From Deltaproteobacteria bacterium TL4 (lineage in GTDB: Bacteria > SAR324 > NAC60-12), in contig JBBCAX010000034.1 in assembly GCA_051382335.1 (NCBI GenBank), positions 20,512-84,511 on the forward strand: a DNA stretch of 64,000 bases, given 5' to 3'. Below, piece after piece: positions 21,589-33,200 of the stretch (the first letter of the stretch is position 1; each line of letters opens with the position of its first letter). A program made the translations under genes and the position numbers. The notes under the pieces were generated by a model. That model searched no databases. It was not told the origin of the DNA and saw nothing but the letters and a program-made list of their open reading frames with translations.

Positions 21589-22995
21589 GTGACATCAACT
21601 CCCATTGTTCAAGGAAAAGCCACCCTTGCCGCAACTCAAGCCTGTCTCGAAAGTTGTTTCCAAAACTGGCATTATCAAAAAGAGTGGAAAAGACAGTTGT
21701 CCTCTTTAAAGGTTTATAGTTCCTTGTTGGGTATTGAATTTGAGACGCTGGATTTCCCTCAAATTCAGCAATCCGTGGAACATTTGATCACCATGGGGTG
21801 CAATCACTTTCAATGGCACCTCAAACAGCCAGAGGAACTCGCCTTTGTTCGGTCTTCTCCCTTTTCCTCTTTTTTTAAAAATCCTCCCTCTTTCGCTTCT
21901 CGTCAAGCGGTAATTCTCTCTCTCCGACTCCCTTTACGCTCTCAGGAAAACCCGTTGGAAATCATGGAGCAGGCGAAGCAGGTTATGGGTATTGAACAAT
22001 GGGACCGTGTGATTTTTTCGGATTCTCAAAATTTCAAGGCTTCCGAACAGCAGAATCAGCTTTCCAGCTACGGGATTGAGTTCAATGTCCAAACCTTTGC
22101 GCCAGAACAATTGAAACACTGGGATCAACAAAGAGTTCCTCATGTACAGGTTCCCTTCAATCTGGTGCAATTCAAACATTTTTTAAGTCGCCGTTGGACT
22201 TTGGAAGAAACACGGTATTCCCTGCCTCGATTATTGGAACACTGGGGGTGTAGCGTTTCCTTTCGGTCTCCTTTTTCTTTGAATGAAGAGGGCGAAGAGC
22301 TGAGTTTGTTGTCAGAACAAGTCAATCTCTGGGAAAATTATACCGAAAAAACAGCCCTGGGTTTGGAGTGGTTGCAAAGAGGCGAAGATCAGTTAAACCA
22401 AACGCTTCGAGCATGGCCAACCTTTTCGCTGAAACCGGAAAAGTTACTATTTTCTTTTGTGGACCACCTTAAAGAAGCGCGTCAATACGTAACGCAAGTC
22501 GAGGAATGGGAATCTTATGTAAGCAACACCTGGTTCCCGCCTTTCCAGCAGCAGGCACACTATTGGTCCTTACAAGCCGCAATGGATCAAAAAGAATCCT
22601 GGGCCAAACAAATCCGTGCCTTCATGAAGCAGGTTGGAGAAGTCATGGCTCTTCATTCGGAGGCACTTCGTTCCCATCAAGCTTATCGTATGCGACATTT
22701 TGTGAGGGTATTGGAAAGTCAACAGCCCGAGTCTATGACCTTAAAAACCTTTGGCGCGAAAACCTTACTGCTTTTGTGCTCAACACCTTGGCCGGAAACT
22801 GTTTTCTTTCCGTGGAAAGATCTCGACAGCAGTATTGAATACCTAGGCCTGATGCGATTTCCTCTTTTAAAAAACGCGGGGGTGATTTTAAAAGAACTGG
22901 CCACCTTGACAGAACCGCACGCTCCTGTAACTACAGAAAACAACCCCCTCTTAAACCCTATGAACTTTCGCTCCCGTCCTAAAGACAAACTCTAG
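21589..22995 (+). CDS. Hypothetical protein, possibly a degenerate aldo/keto reductase fold
   Basis: Long ORF. N-terminal IVQGKATLAAT and VQVPFNL resemble AKR-like proteins, but I see no catalytic motifs. Confidence 0.55.
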   Translation: MTSTPIVQGKATLAATQACLESCFQNWHYQKEWKRQLSSLKVYSSLLGIEFETLDFPQIQQSVEHLITMGCNHFQWHLKQPEELAFVRSSPFSSFFKNPPSFASRQAVILSLRLPLRSQENPLEIMEQAKQVMGIEQWDRVIFSDSQNFKASEQQNQLSSYGIEFNVQTFAPEQLKHWDQQRVPHVQVPFNLVQFKHFLSRRWTLEETRYSLPRLLEHWGCSVSFRSPFSLNEEGEELSLLSEQVNLWENYTEKTALGLEWLQRGEDQLNQTLRAWPTFSLKPEKLLFSFVDHLKEARQYVTQVEEWESYVSNTWFPPFQQQAHYWSLQAAMDQKESWAKQIRAFMKQVGEVMALHSEALRSHQAYRMRHFVRVLESQQPESMTLKTFGAKTLLLLCSTPWPETVFFPWKDLDSSIEYLGLMRFPLLKNAGVILKELATLTEPHAPVTTENNPLLNPMNFRSRPKDKL

Positions 22996-23038
22996 AAAAC
23001 GGGAGCGTGAGAAGTGTAAAAACTCAGGTTTCTGGAGC

Positions 23039-26000
23039 TTATGCGGAAAGCTTTTCTTTCATCACACGTTTTGTGGCCTCGCCTTTTTCGGGATTACGGT
23101 GAAGCCGGAAAGCAAAGCTATTCACTCGACGTTCATCGAGAGGCGTTCCATCATCATAGAAAAACAAGAAGGGAACCTCTTTCTGATGACGTAATAAACT
23201 TTCTTCAATCAATCCGTTATCACAACCCCAGCAACTGGTCATCACAATACCGTCATACACCTTCTTGCCCCATTGGTGAAGAACACTGCCCACCGCTAAG
23301 GCCGAACCGCCGTTGGTTGAAGCATCCAGGACCAGCTTGGTCTTTTCGATCGCTGCTTTCACTTCCGGTTGAGGGATCCAAGGATGTTGTTTTCTTACCA
23401 AGCCATAAAGCTCATTCCGAATGAACGTCATGTTGATAAGGAACAACCTGTTTTTTGTTGGACGGCTGGATCTTCCAAAAAACAGAGGAGGTTGTTGACG
23501 TGCCAGAAATTCCATAAAATCGCAGACCGGCTCTACGACAATGCGAACACCACGATCGCTTAAATGGCGGTACAGTCCATTGTTGGCAAAATCGTTGGCC
23601 TTGGTCAATAAATCACCTGAAACAAAAACAGTACGATAGGATTTGCCTTTGGGCTTTTTTCTTTCCAAGCGGGCAAAGTCTTGAGAGGCTTGCTTCAACA
23701 GCCTTTTGAGGGCCATCCAATTCCAACCCATTTGCATCGGTGCCGCAACTCCTTCTAAGACGCGCTGTTCCGCCAAGCCGATGATTTTTTTGCTGTAATA
23801 ATGATAAAGCGCTTCCGCTTCTCCTTTGCGACTCTCTACGGCCATGTGATAGAGTTGCAGTTGTCGGATTAAATCCAGTGCGGTCAGTCCAGTCCAGATT
23901 TTTACGGACATTCCAGCGGGACCTGCGATTTTCAGGGATTGCACAAATACCCGATCATGCAATCCCATTTTTTCTACATTGATTTTGTCTTTAACATCAA
24001 ACATTCCTGCTCGGCAGGATTGTCCTGTGATTTGCATCAACCGTGTTTCTTTTTGAGGTGGATTTTTCTCCAAATATTCACGGAACGCCCCCCAGAGCAT
24101 TTGATAGGACAGACATTCTTTTCCGGAACAATCTTGCTTGCCACACGCAAAATTTTCATCACCCAGAGGAGGCGCCACATCCGCGTCATACCCGTAAGAT
24201 CGGTAAACAGAGGCAAATAAAGGTCCCAGATAATCCACACCGCTTAAGAAAACATACTTTACCTTTGAATCCATGGAGACCATTTTTCTGGAGGAATGTT
24301 CGACATAAGCAAGGATGTTCTGGTTATCAGGAAGTGGAGTTGAGGCCTCCTCTTCCCTGAACTGTTTCACGGACTGCAAAAAGGCCTGGATCCGAGTAAT
24401 GAATCCCGCGGTTCCTCCATGACCATCGCTTTCCAGGATGGTGTGAGGATAGCCTTCAAGCAGGGCTTGAAACACTTGTTCCGTAAACGAAGCAGGTCCA
24501 CAGCCGAAGGAGGAAATCAATAACGGGAACACATCCCTCAGATTTCTGGAATGACTTGCCGCTCTTAAAAACCGATTGGAATCGCCCCAGTACGCTTTTG
24601 TCATTTTTCCTATTTTAGAATCAATAGGAAAACAGTCCATCGGAATACCAAGGGCTCCGTTTTGTCGTAATAAATGCGGAATCGTCGCATTGACCGACGG
24701 GTCATGAACGACGTGTAATGAGCCACAAACCAGCACTAACGGCAGCTTGTTTTCCCGACCATAACGCAGGGTCCGTTCTCCAATATTCTTGAGTGCTTTT
24801 TCATATTTATTTTGTGCTCTTATCGCGGCTTGCAGCGCAGGGCGAACTTTATCAGGATCAACCCCCAAGGCGATCGCGGCATTACGAAGTTCTGTCAACA
24901 AGTCAAAATTTTCCAGCCCACGGACTAACGACAGTTTAGGTCGAATCACCTGAACTTTTTTACCCCGTGTTTTCAGGGACTGCTGAACAATTTCCGGCAT
25001 GGCTTGCTCGGTGACACAGGTTTGGCCACCAGGTCCTTCACTGTCGCCAATATCCATAATTTTAGGAAAAAACAAAAAGGGAGTGTCTGTATTACAAATC
25101 GCATGAGCGATTTTTGCGGGTCCGCAAGAATCAAAGCTGTTACATAATTGTTCCCCTAAAGCCAAAGATTCGGAACCGGATTTCAAAAGTTTGACGGACA
25201 AACCCAATTCCTGGATGAAGGTAACAAAATAAGGAACGTAACCGGTAAGGGGTCCTGTCAAAGGAATACCAACCTCAGGAGTTTCTGAGGTGCTTTGTAT
25301 AAAGCTGGCAATCAATTGATTTCTCAATTCAAAAGGATTGGGTGCCTCTTTTTCCAGTTTGGCCAAGGTTTTTGTTGACACTTCATACTTGGGACAAGCG
25401 CCTCCGGAGATGGCAATTCGTTTTTCGTTTCCTACCGTGATCGTCGTTCGTTCAATCGGACAAAGCGTCTGGCACTTTGCGTCGTTGCATTGAAATTCTG
25501 AACGCTCCGTGATCTTGGCCTGCAGGATTTTATCCAGATCCAAGGAGGGGGCGTTGGTCAATTCCTGGCGACTGACTTGCTTACGAATGCAAAGTCCAAT
25601 GCCCCAGGCTCCCATGGCGCCCGGATTTGGAGGCACAATGATGGGCTTTCCGGAAACCGCGGCTAAAGTCCATGCCAGCGATGCATTTGACGCGGGTTTC
25701 CCTTGAAAGAAGATCTTTTGACTGAGCGTGCGCTGTCCCATCACACGATTGAGATAATTGTGAATCACAGAATATTGAAAGCCCGCAAAAATGTCGCCCA
25801 ACTCAAACCCATCTTTTAGCGCTTGTGAGGCAGCGTCGGCAACATAAACCGTACACATCTGCCCCAAGTCAGGGGGGCGATTCGCCTTCTGAGCCAAATC
25901 AATAAACTCCTGAATGTTATTCACATCATAAAATACCGCTTGCTCTTCCAAAAAGGAACCGGTTCCCGCACTACAGGCTTTATTCATATCACTTTCAATA

Positions 26001-27340
26001 ATCCGCCCGCCACTGACACGGATATATTTCGCGTCTTGACCCCCAATTTCAATCACGGTCAAGTCTTTCCCGTGATCGGGGTCACATAAAATTGCGGCAG
26101 TCGCATGAGCAACAATTTCATTCAACACAATAATCGGTGTCGATTCAGGAAATACCGCTCGCAGCAAAGTCGCGACCGCTTCTCGTCCTGAGCCTGTTAC
26201 CCCCACGGCCCGGACATCAGGTTGTCCTTGCTTGAGAATTGCCTGTATTAATCGGCGACTGGCATCTACCGGATTTCCTTTGGTTCGGTCATACACATCC
26301 AATATCGGTTTCCCGGTTTCAATCGAAATCAAAACCGCTTTTGCGCCTGTGGATCCCAAGTCCAATCCTAAAATTGCCGCTTGTTTAGTCCAGTCCGCTG
26401 TCGGCTCCTCTGCTTCCATGATGGTGACTTGATCTTTCCATAGGTGAGCCGGTTCTAAAACGGGAAAACGTTTCTTTCGAAATTCAATAATATCCTGTGG
26501 GTCTTCTGGAAGTGCGCCTAAAAGCGACTTCCGGCTTTGCTCTGCCGCAATACTTGCCGCACCTACCGCTTCAAATGAAAGAAAGTTTTTCGGCAAGTGA
26601 ACTTTTTGTCCTAATATTTTTTCAAAGGAATCCTTAAACGACTGGATTTGGGTACACCCACCTATTAAATAGACCGGTCCCTCGACTTGGTTACGTGCCA
26701 GCAAGGCTCTGGTATTTCTTGCGACCGAGGTGAAATAGCCGCGGAACAGATCTGGTGTGGGCTTACCTTGGTTGGCGAAATGTGTCATTTCACTTTTTGC
26801 GAAAACAGAACAGCGTGCGGTAATCGGAATGCTCGATTCAGCGGCTTGAGCTAACTCATCGGCTTCCCCAATACTTAAGCCAAAACGTCCCGCAATTTTT
26901 TGAATATTCTCGCCTGTACCGGACGAACATTTGTCGTTATCTAAATACTGGTAATGATAGGATTTAGACGAATTTGCCCCTGAGGTGGAGGCGTTTGAAT
27001 TTCTGGAAAGAATACCATAACCTCTTGCGCCAACACTTACCAAATTTAAGGTGTCTTCCAAATCTTGGTCTAATTCCAGAGCGGCTTCTTGGCACGAATC
27101 TTCAGGTAAAATCAAGGCAGGTGCCTTTAATTCATCCGCATAAACACCTGTTGCGCCTAAAGCGTCACAATGGGCGATCCCTTTTTCAAGATACCATTGT
27201 TGAAATACGTCAAAGGGCTTTCCCTCATGAAGCCGATATTCAATATCTTCAAACTCCAGAGACCCATCCTCGTTAACGTTAGCAATCACGAAGCTGGCGG
27301 AGGCTTTTCCCAAATCACAGCCTGCTATTCTTTTTGTCAT
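23039..27340 (-). CDS. Acyl-CoA dehydratase activase (two BadF/BadG/BcrA/BcrD ATPase domains plus a C-terminal DUF2229-like region)
   Basis: [69 protein letters not shown]. Confidence 0.88.
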   Translation of the reverse strand: MTKRIAGCDLGKASASFVIANVNEDGSLEFEDIEYRLHEGKPFDVFQQWYLEKGIAHCDALGATGVYADELKAPALILPEDSCQEAALELDQDLEDTLNLVSVGARGYGILSRNSNASTSGANSSKSYHYQYLDNDKCSSGTGENIQKIAGRFGLSIGEADELAQAAESSIPITARCSVFAKSEMTHFANQGKPTPDLFRGYFTSVARNTRALLARNQVEGPVYLIGGCTQIQSFKDSFEKILGQKVHLPKNFLSFEAVGAASIAAEQSRKSLLGALPEDPQDIIEFRKKRFPVLEPAHLWKDQVTIMEAEEPTADWTKQAAILGLDLGSTGAKAVLISIETGKPILDVYDRTKGNPVDASRRLIQAILKQGQPDVRAVGVTGSGREAVATLLRAVFPESTPIIVLNEIVAHATAAILCDPDHGKDLTVIEIGGQDAKYIRVSGGRIIESDMNKACSAGTGSFLEEQAVFYDVNNIQEFIDLAQKANRPPDLGQMCTVYVADAASQALKDGFELGDIFAGFQYSVIHNYLNRVMGQRTLSQKIFFQGKPASNASLAWTLAAVSGKPIIVPPNPGAMGAWGIGLCIRKQVSRQELTNAPSLDLDKILQAKITERSEFQCNDAKCQTLCPIERTTITVGNEKRIAISGGACPKYEVSTKTLAKLEKEAPNPFELRNQLIASFIQSTSETPEVGIPLTGPLTGYVPYFVTFIQELGLSVKLLKSGSESLALGEQLCNSFDSCGPAKIAHAICNTDTPFLFFPKIMDIGDSEGPGGQTCVTEQAMPEIVQQSLKTRGKKVQVIRPKLSLVRGLENFDLLTELRNAAIALGVDPDKVRPALQAAIRAQNKYEKALKNIGERTLRYGRENKLPLVLVCGSLHVVHDPSVNATIPHLLRQNGALGIPMDCFPIDSKIGKMTKAYWGDSNRFLRAASHSRNLRDVFPLLISSFGCGPASFTEQVFQALLEGYPHTILESDGHGGTAGFITRIQAFLQSVKQFREEEASTPLPDNQNILAYVEHSSRKMVSMDSKVKYVFLSGVDYLGPLFASVYRSYGYDADVAPPLGDENFACGKQDCSGKECLSYQMLWGAFREYLEKNPPQKETRLMQITGQSCRAGMFDVKDKINVEKMGLHDRVFVQSLKIAGPAGMSVKIWTGLTALDLIRQLQLYHMAVESRKGEAEALYHYYSKKIIGLAEQRVLEGVAAPMQMGWNWMALKRLLKQASQDFARLERKKPKGKSYRTVFVSGDLLTKANDFANNGLYRHLSDRGVRIVVEPVCDFMEFLARQQPPLFFGRSSRPTKNRLFLINMTFIRNELYGLVRKQHPWIPQPEVKAAIEKTKLVLDASTNGGSALAVGSVLHQWGKKVYDGIVMTSCWGCDNGLIEESLLRHQKEVPFLFFYDDGTPLDERRVNSFAFRLHRNPEKGEATKRVMKEKLSA

Positions 27341-27425
27341 TATTACCTCTAGTAAAAAACATATTCCATGCTCGTTATGTCGCTCTGTGCTCATGCCAGA
27401 ACATAACCCCCATACCTTTAATCAC

Positions 27426-27875
27426 CTAAAACTCACTCTTCTCTTCTGGAGTATTCTTTAAAAATTGATGGAGCACTTCCCTCATTTTAGAAAGATCTGC
27501 TTCCGGAATGCCTTGCGTCAGTTTCGCAAAAGTTTTATTCACAATGTTCATGACGGTCTCTTCGGCTTGACGCCCTGCTTGAGTTAAACCAATACGTAGA
27601 GCTCTGCGATCATTAGGATCGGCTTGACGTAGAATAATCTCATCCCGCTCCATTCGATCCAAAAGCCCCGTCATGCTCGAAGGCTCCAAACCCGCCCGCC
27701 TTCCGAGATCTGCCACTTGAAGGTTATCCTCATTCCACAATGATAATAAAACCCCAAGATAGGCAGGCTTGATGCTGCCGACTCCGGCATTTGCAAATTC
27801 CTTCTTTAAGGCGGATGTCGCAATTAAAGACGAGCGGTATATTAAATAATAGATACAATTGGTTGGATCGACCAT
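27426..27875 (-). CDS. MarR-family transcriptional regulator
   Basis: LEPSSMTGLLDRMERD...DPNDRRALRIGLT winged-helix motif. Confidence 0.9.
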   Translation of the reverse strand: MVDPTNCIYYLIYRSSLIATSALKKEFANAGVGSIKPAYLGVLLSLWNEDNLQVADLGRRAGLEPSSMTGLLDRMERDEIILRQADPNDRRALRIGLTQAGRQAEETVMNIVNKTFAKLTQGIPEADLSKMREVLHQFLKNTPEEKSEF

Positions 27876-27969
27876 TTTGCTTCTGCCTCTTGAATATTCT
27901 TTGATGAAAAATGAAAAAACACCGCTCATCACAATCGATGTTTCATTCATGATTAAATCTTTCCTTAAT

Positions 27970-28036
27970 TATACTTCGGATATGGATTATACTCCAAAGT
28001 AAATTACGCATACATATAGTACGCATACGAAGTAAA
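27970..28036. promoter_or_regulatory. Possible MarR operator region
   Basis: TACGCATAC direct repeat and imperfect TACTTCG..CGAAGTA palindromes upstream of marR. Confidence 0.3.
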
Positions 28037-28087
28037 TGCAAGAAAAAAAAAGCATAATCTTGTCTTAACCAATGGTGCTATAGTATT

Positions 28088-28383
28088 CTATAGGTTGTCA
28101 TTTAAATAAATTCATTTTAATCAGGTTACGGTAGCCCTGGGTTTCGTCCCAGGGGCTGCTATAGGTTGTCATTTAAATAAATTCATTTTAATCAGGTTAC
28201 GGTAGCCCTGGGTTTCGTCCCAGGGGCTGCTAGTTCCTTGTTCCTCGGGACGAAACCCGAGGCTACCATCCTCATTTATTGTGCAATTATTTAAGTGAAC
28301 GTCTATAGTTCCTTGTTCCTCGGGACGAAACCCGAGGCTACCATCCTCATTTATTGTGCAATTATTTAAGTGAACGTCTATAG
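28088..28383. repeat. REP/REPIN-like element with each arm tandemly duplicated (2x71 bp + 2x75 bp)
   Basis: Exact tandem units start at 28088/28159 and 28231/28306. They carry GTAGCCCTGGGTTTCGTCCCAGGG and the near-inverse CCTCGGGACGAAACCCGAGGCTAC. Confidence 0.85.
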
Positions 28384-28518
28384 ATAAGTTTTTTCCTGGG
28401 AATGAGGACCTCTTGCCCTCACCGGAGGGCGGGACGCCCTCACTCCCAGCCCAAAATACTTTTCTGAAACACTATAGTTTGGTTTCCATGTAAACTTATT
28501 GAAATTAAATGGAAAAAT

Positions 28519-28602
28519 GGTAGGCGGGGATTACATGCCCCGCTTTTCTGAGCGTTAAGTTTGCCGGACACGTAGTTCCGGCCTACCATCAAGGTGTCCC
28601 GG
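28519..28602. repeat. GTAG-type REP doublet (uninterrupted copy; paralog at 63567)
   Basis: GGTAGGCGGGGATTACATGCCCCGC...GCCGGACACGTAGTTCCGGCCTACC, nearly identical to 63567-63833 without its insert. Confidence 0.8.
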
Positions 28603-28695
28603 ATTAAACGAGTAGCCAATTGAACCATGCCGAAGTTCTCACCCCTGCTGAGTCTAAAAACACGGTAGAAAGTCTCGCGGCCAGAGACAGGCTAA

Positions 28696-29484
28696 TCAGA
28701 AGGTTTTGGGCGCAAAGTTGGCGGGAGTTTCGAGGGAAAACACTTCATCATGGATGGAGGCCAGATACAGCCCCGATTGCAGAACGTCCTCTCTCACGGA
28801 AGACTCAGTATCCACATAAACGACCATTCCCCGGATTGTTTTGTCGGAAAACTCCGGAAAAAACATCCGGAAGTTTTTCAGGATCTCCAGCGTTTGGTCC
28901 AGATCCCGTTGTTCCAGACGACTTTTGACTTCAATCACATACAACTCATTCACCGTGCCATTCGCATAAGCCACCGCATCCACTTCCATGTTCTTTCCCT
29001 CTTTTCTTTTGCGGAGACGGGTCAGAAAGGTATCCATCCCAAAGCGCTCTGTCATGATTTTCGAGATGGAGGGAAACGCCATCCCTTCGGTGAAGGTGCC
29101 AAACTTGTTATTCAAGCCTCCGATATTTTTTGACAATTCTTTGACGATACGGTCGGTTTTCTCAAATTTTTCTTTGAGTTGCTGGTCGGTTTCCTTGAGC
29201 TGTCGGTCGGTTTCCGCTGTTTTTTCCTTCATCTCACGGCTGGTTTCTTTGAGCTGTCGATCGGTTTCAGTAAATTTTTCCTTGAGTTGCCGGTCGGTTT
29301 CCGCTGTTTTTTCCTTCATCTCACGGCTGGTTTCCTTGAGTTGTTGGTCGGTTTCCTTGAGTTGTCGGTCGGTTTCCGCTGTTTTTTCCTTCATCTCACG
29401 GCTGGTTTCCTTGAGTTGACGGTCGGTTTCTTTTTGGGCGATTGCCAAGCTGGCAACCAGTTCTTTGAGTTCTTGATCGGTCAT
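28696..29484 (-). CDS. Coiled-coil repeat protein with C-terminal PD-(D/E)XK nuclease-like domain (DUF3782-like)
   Basis: Tandem ETDRQLKE repeats, NKFGTFTE, MEVDAV...VIEVKS. Confidence 0.8.
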   Translation of the reverse strand: MTDQELKELVASLAIAQKETDRQLKETSREMKEKTAETDRQLKETDQQLKETSREMKEKTAETDRQLKEKFTETDRQLKETSREMKEKTAETDRQLKETDQQLKEKFEKTDRIVKELSKNIGGLNNKFGTFTEGMAFPSISKIMTERFGMDTFLTRLRKRKEGKNMEVDAVAYANGTVNELYVIEVKSRLEQRDLDQTLEILKNFRMFFPEFSDKTIRGMVVYVDTESSVREDVLQSGLYLASIHDEVFSLETPANFAPKTF

Positions 29485-29522
29485 AAGCCCTTTTCAGACA
29501 AGCGTTTTTTTAAGCAGATGGT

Positions 29523-29744
29523 TTATTTTTGAAAAAAAGAATTTGGGGACAGGTCTTCTTTTTTCTTTTGAGTGAGTAATTCCTTGATCTGTACAAGAGG
29601 TAAACACGAAACCTGAGCAATCTGTTCCTCAGAAAGAGTCCCCATTTTGAGGAGGTTGATGGCGATTTCTGCTCTGCCTTCTTTTCTGCCTTCAAGCTTT
29701 CCCATGTCATAAGAAGATTCCACCATCCTTGCCTGATAATGCAA
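29523..29744 (-). pseudogene. C-terminal remnant of an Rpn/PD-(D/E)XK transposase-like protein
   Basis: GKLEGRKEGRAEIAINLLKMG..SEEQIAQV tail only; a REP copy lies just upstream (29765-29791). Confidence 0.55.
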
Positions 29745-29972
29745 ATCTTCAACATAAGACTCATTTCCTCGGGGCGAAACCCGAGGCTACCTCTGGCCGA
29801 AGCTAGACGCAACCACGAAAAGGTGACCTGGATTTGAACCATGCCCCCAAGCTGTGGCTTGGGAACGAGAAGAAACAAAGCGGGATACCCTGTCCCTCAT
29901 AAAAAAAAATTCGACAAGGGACAAGCCACTGTACCCCGCTTTTTTAAATAATCAAATTCCCAAATAATCAAC

Positions 29973-30113
29973 TCACAAGCCTCCTCGGATACAGCGAACA
30001 TAGTTGTTATAGGACTTATCGTAGTAGCTCACGTAGCCATCGCTGAAGCCCACGCTCCACGCGTAGCTCGTGTCACCGGCGTAAGTAGTAGACGACCAAT
30101 AGCCCGAGGAATT
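29973..30113 (-). repeat. DGR variable region VR-A
   Basis: Colinear with VR-B and VR-C. Variable codons are TAC/AGC/GGC/GAT-type NNY, and the 3' end GGAGGCTTGTGA is shared. Confidence 0.75.
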
Positions 30114-30293
30114 GGTATTAGGAAAATAGGTCGAATTAATAGCAGGACTATAGACAGAATAATCAACAATGGATTGCAGTTCGTTTTTACTGGGGAGCCT
30201 CCAATCGCTTTTACCACCTAAACTCAAGCCTTCACAATAAGTCAAGGCGGCTTCCCAATTACGAGCGGTGTTATCATCTTCTTTTTGCCATAA
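29973..30293 (-). pseudogene. 5'-truncated DUF1566/Lcl domain carrying DGR variable region VR-A
   Basis: In frame directly after the TGA of the 30294-35780 gene (VRCVR*LWQKEDDNTARNW). About 94% identical to 36969-37287 outside the VR by hand count. Lacks the FTDN.DGTVTD start of the domain. Confidence 0.75.
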
Positions 30294-33200
30294 TCATCGA
30301 ACACACCGAACATACATGCTTATATTATTCTCCGATTTTACTTCTCCATTTTGAAAATTAACAAACCATACTATTTCGACTGTATTTTTACTAATAGGAT
30401 CGTAGTCATAATAATTAGTTTTGGACCAATAGTATGAAGATTTTGTATTAGGAAAAAATGAAGTATTGATTGCTGGATTGTAGTTTAAGTCATCCGTGAT
30501 AGACTCCAACTCTTTGATGTTTGGAAGACGCCAATCAGTTTTTCCACCCTGACTCAAATTTTCGCAATAGCTCAACGCATTTCCACGATTCTTTAATGTA
30601 TTGTCATCTTCTTTTTGCCACATCAGTTCAGAAAAATTGTCAGTAATAGTTCCATCACCATTATCTAAAAATGAGGAATCCGTATTTGAGTAACCGCGAA
30701 CACACCTCACACCATGTTTAAATCCCCATGACCGACTACCGACGGAACCATCTCTGAAAGAAACATCCCAAGCCAAATCCTGATTATTCGCATAACTTGT
30801 ATTTGACCAATAATTACCGGTATCTAAAAAGTTGAAATAAGATTCATCGTATCTTAATTCTTTGTTATAAATAATAATTCGAATCAGTTCCTTTTTGGAG
30901 GGCACTCGCCAATCTGAGTAGAACGATAATTCGAGGTTTTCACAATAAGTTACAGCATCCGACATTGTTGGTGTATTTGTAGCATTTGTTTTTTGCCACA
31001 CCAGTCCTGTGACATTATCAGTAACGGTTCCATCTTTATTGTCTGTATAAGACATTCTATTCTCTGAAGCATCTGAGAGCTCTTGTTCTGCTTTCGGAAT
31101 ATGTCCTGTAAAATCGTGAATTGCTTCACTAACCCAAGGACCTTCGCCATTGTTGTTTTTTGTAAAAACAAGTAAGTGGGTTGATCCAGAAGGAATGGAC
31201 GTGTTCGTATCAAAATCAAAACTTAGGTTACTTCCAGAAGCGGCAAGAGTTGTGATCGGAGTGCTGTTTACTTTTGTAGTCGCACTTGATCCCCAATAAA
31301 GTACATAATGTGTAATATCGCTCTCATATCTGGCTTTTGTAATTGTTACGCTTCCGCCTAACTCTCCAGCATCGGTATCTGTATCAACAAATACCACGCT
31401 GGTGGCATTATGAGATGGAACACCAACATCAACAACAACACCATTATGTCCTCCTCTAACACACTTGACATGATTCGTGTCGGTCTTCTCTGAACGCTCC
31501 ACAAAACCATAGTAAAAGTCCACAAACCAAGATTGAGTCATTCCAGCGGTAAATATGAATGTTGTAGATGACCAGTATTTTGATGAATAAGTGTTAGGAA
31601 AATAAGTAGATTCGATTGCAGGATTAAATTCGGAGTCATTAGTTATGGACTCCAATTCTTTAATGTTTGGAAGACGCCAATCCGTTTTCCCACCCAGACT
31701 TAAGTTTTCGCAATAACTTAAAGATTCCCCCCATGATATTTTTGTATAGTAATCGTTTTCTTTCTGCCACATCAACCCTGAAAGGTTATCTGTAACAGTA
31801 CCATCACTATTATCGGTAAACAACGTAAACTCACTTACTCCATTGCGAACACACCGAACATAGTTATTCAGCGACATATGTGAGCTATATACAACTCCGG
31901 AACCAAAATCAATAACCCAGGCTGTATTGCTAAATGCAATATAGTTAGAAGCTGTCCAATAATAATCAGAAGACTTCGTTTTACTGAAATAGGCCTCATT
32001 GATGCTGGAATTATAAGTCCTGTAATTCACAATACGCATCAACGTTTTTTTACTTGGCAGTTGCCAATCAGAAAAGGATGCCAAGTTCAGGCTATTACAA
32101 TAATCTTGAGCTTCTGACCATGTTCTTTTAGTGTTATCATCTTCCTTTTGCCATATTAATCCTGTGATATTATCGGTAATAGTTCCATCATCATTATCAG
32201 TATATGAAGGTTCATTGAGTAAGTAATCGTGGTCTTCACCCAAAGTTGAGGTATAGGAAATGGTTTGTCCTGTATCAGGAATATAATATCCATGACGACC
32301 ATTATCAAAAATGATCACATTAACACCTCTTGCCATTTCGCCCCTAGTGTTTTTGGTAAAAACGAGTAAATGGGTTGATCCAGATGGAATTGATGTATTA
32401 TCAAAATCAAAAGTCTGGTTATTTCCTGTAGCGGATAAAGTGGAAATTGGGATACTATTTGCTTTTGTTGTCGTATCTGATCCCCAATAAAGTACATAAT
32501 GAGTAATATTGCTTTCGTCACTGGCTTTTTTAATTGTTACGCGTCCTCCTAATTCTCCAACATCAGTATCTGTATCTAAAAAAGCTACACTATTTGCAGT
32601 ATGAACAGGAAAACTAACATTGCTTTCACCACTACCACGGACACAACGGACATAACATTCATTATTGCTTTTCCAATGGTCATGAACCTCTCCGTTGCTG
32701 AAATTCACATGCCATGAGTATAGGCGGATGTTGTTGGCTCTGGTAGTGGAAGAGCAATACTTATCTGATTTTGTATTTATGAAATATGTGGTATTTATCA
32801 CTGGATTGTATTTTGAGTCATCCGTGATTGACTCCAACTCTTTAATGTTTGGAAGACGCCAATCCGTTTCTCCTCCCAGACTCAAATTTTCACAATAACT
32901 CAGCGAGCTTTCCCCATTTTTTTTTGTGTTGTCATCTTCTTTTTGCCACATCAATTCTGAAAAATTATCTGTAATGGTACCATCACCATTATCATTATAA
33001 GAAAAAGTTAAATTTGAGGGTTTACGAACACATTTTATATACATCTCGGAAGTCTTACTGCCTGAAAATACATATCCATAACCTAATGAAACAGCAAAAA
33101 CATTATTTGAATCGTTAGAATCAACGGTTGAAGACCAAACAGCGGAGGATACGGAAGTGGGAAAAAAGATTGTATCAATGGCAGGCTCGTACATTCCATA

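Noticed and set aside
28088..28383. CRISPR array
   Set aside because: The units are full tandem duplicates without unique spacers, and there are no cas genes.
30294..30296. Selenocysteine recoding of the in-frame TGA
   Set aside because: The position corresponds to Gly or Asn/Lys in paralogous domains, not Cys, and I see no SECIS-like hairpin.
32640..32760. Internal Lcl domain containing AAC AAC as a TR or VR
   Set aside because: Its invariant positions do not match VR-A/B/C, and it lacks the shared 3' end and downstream repeats.
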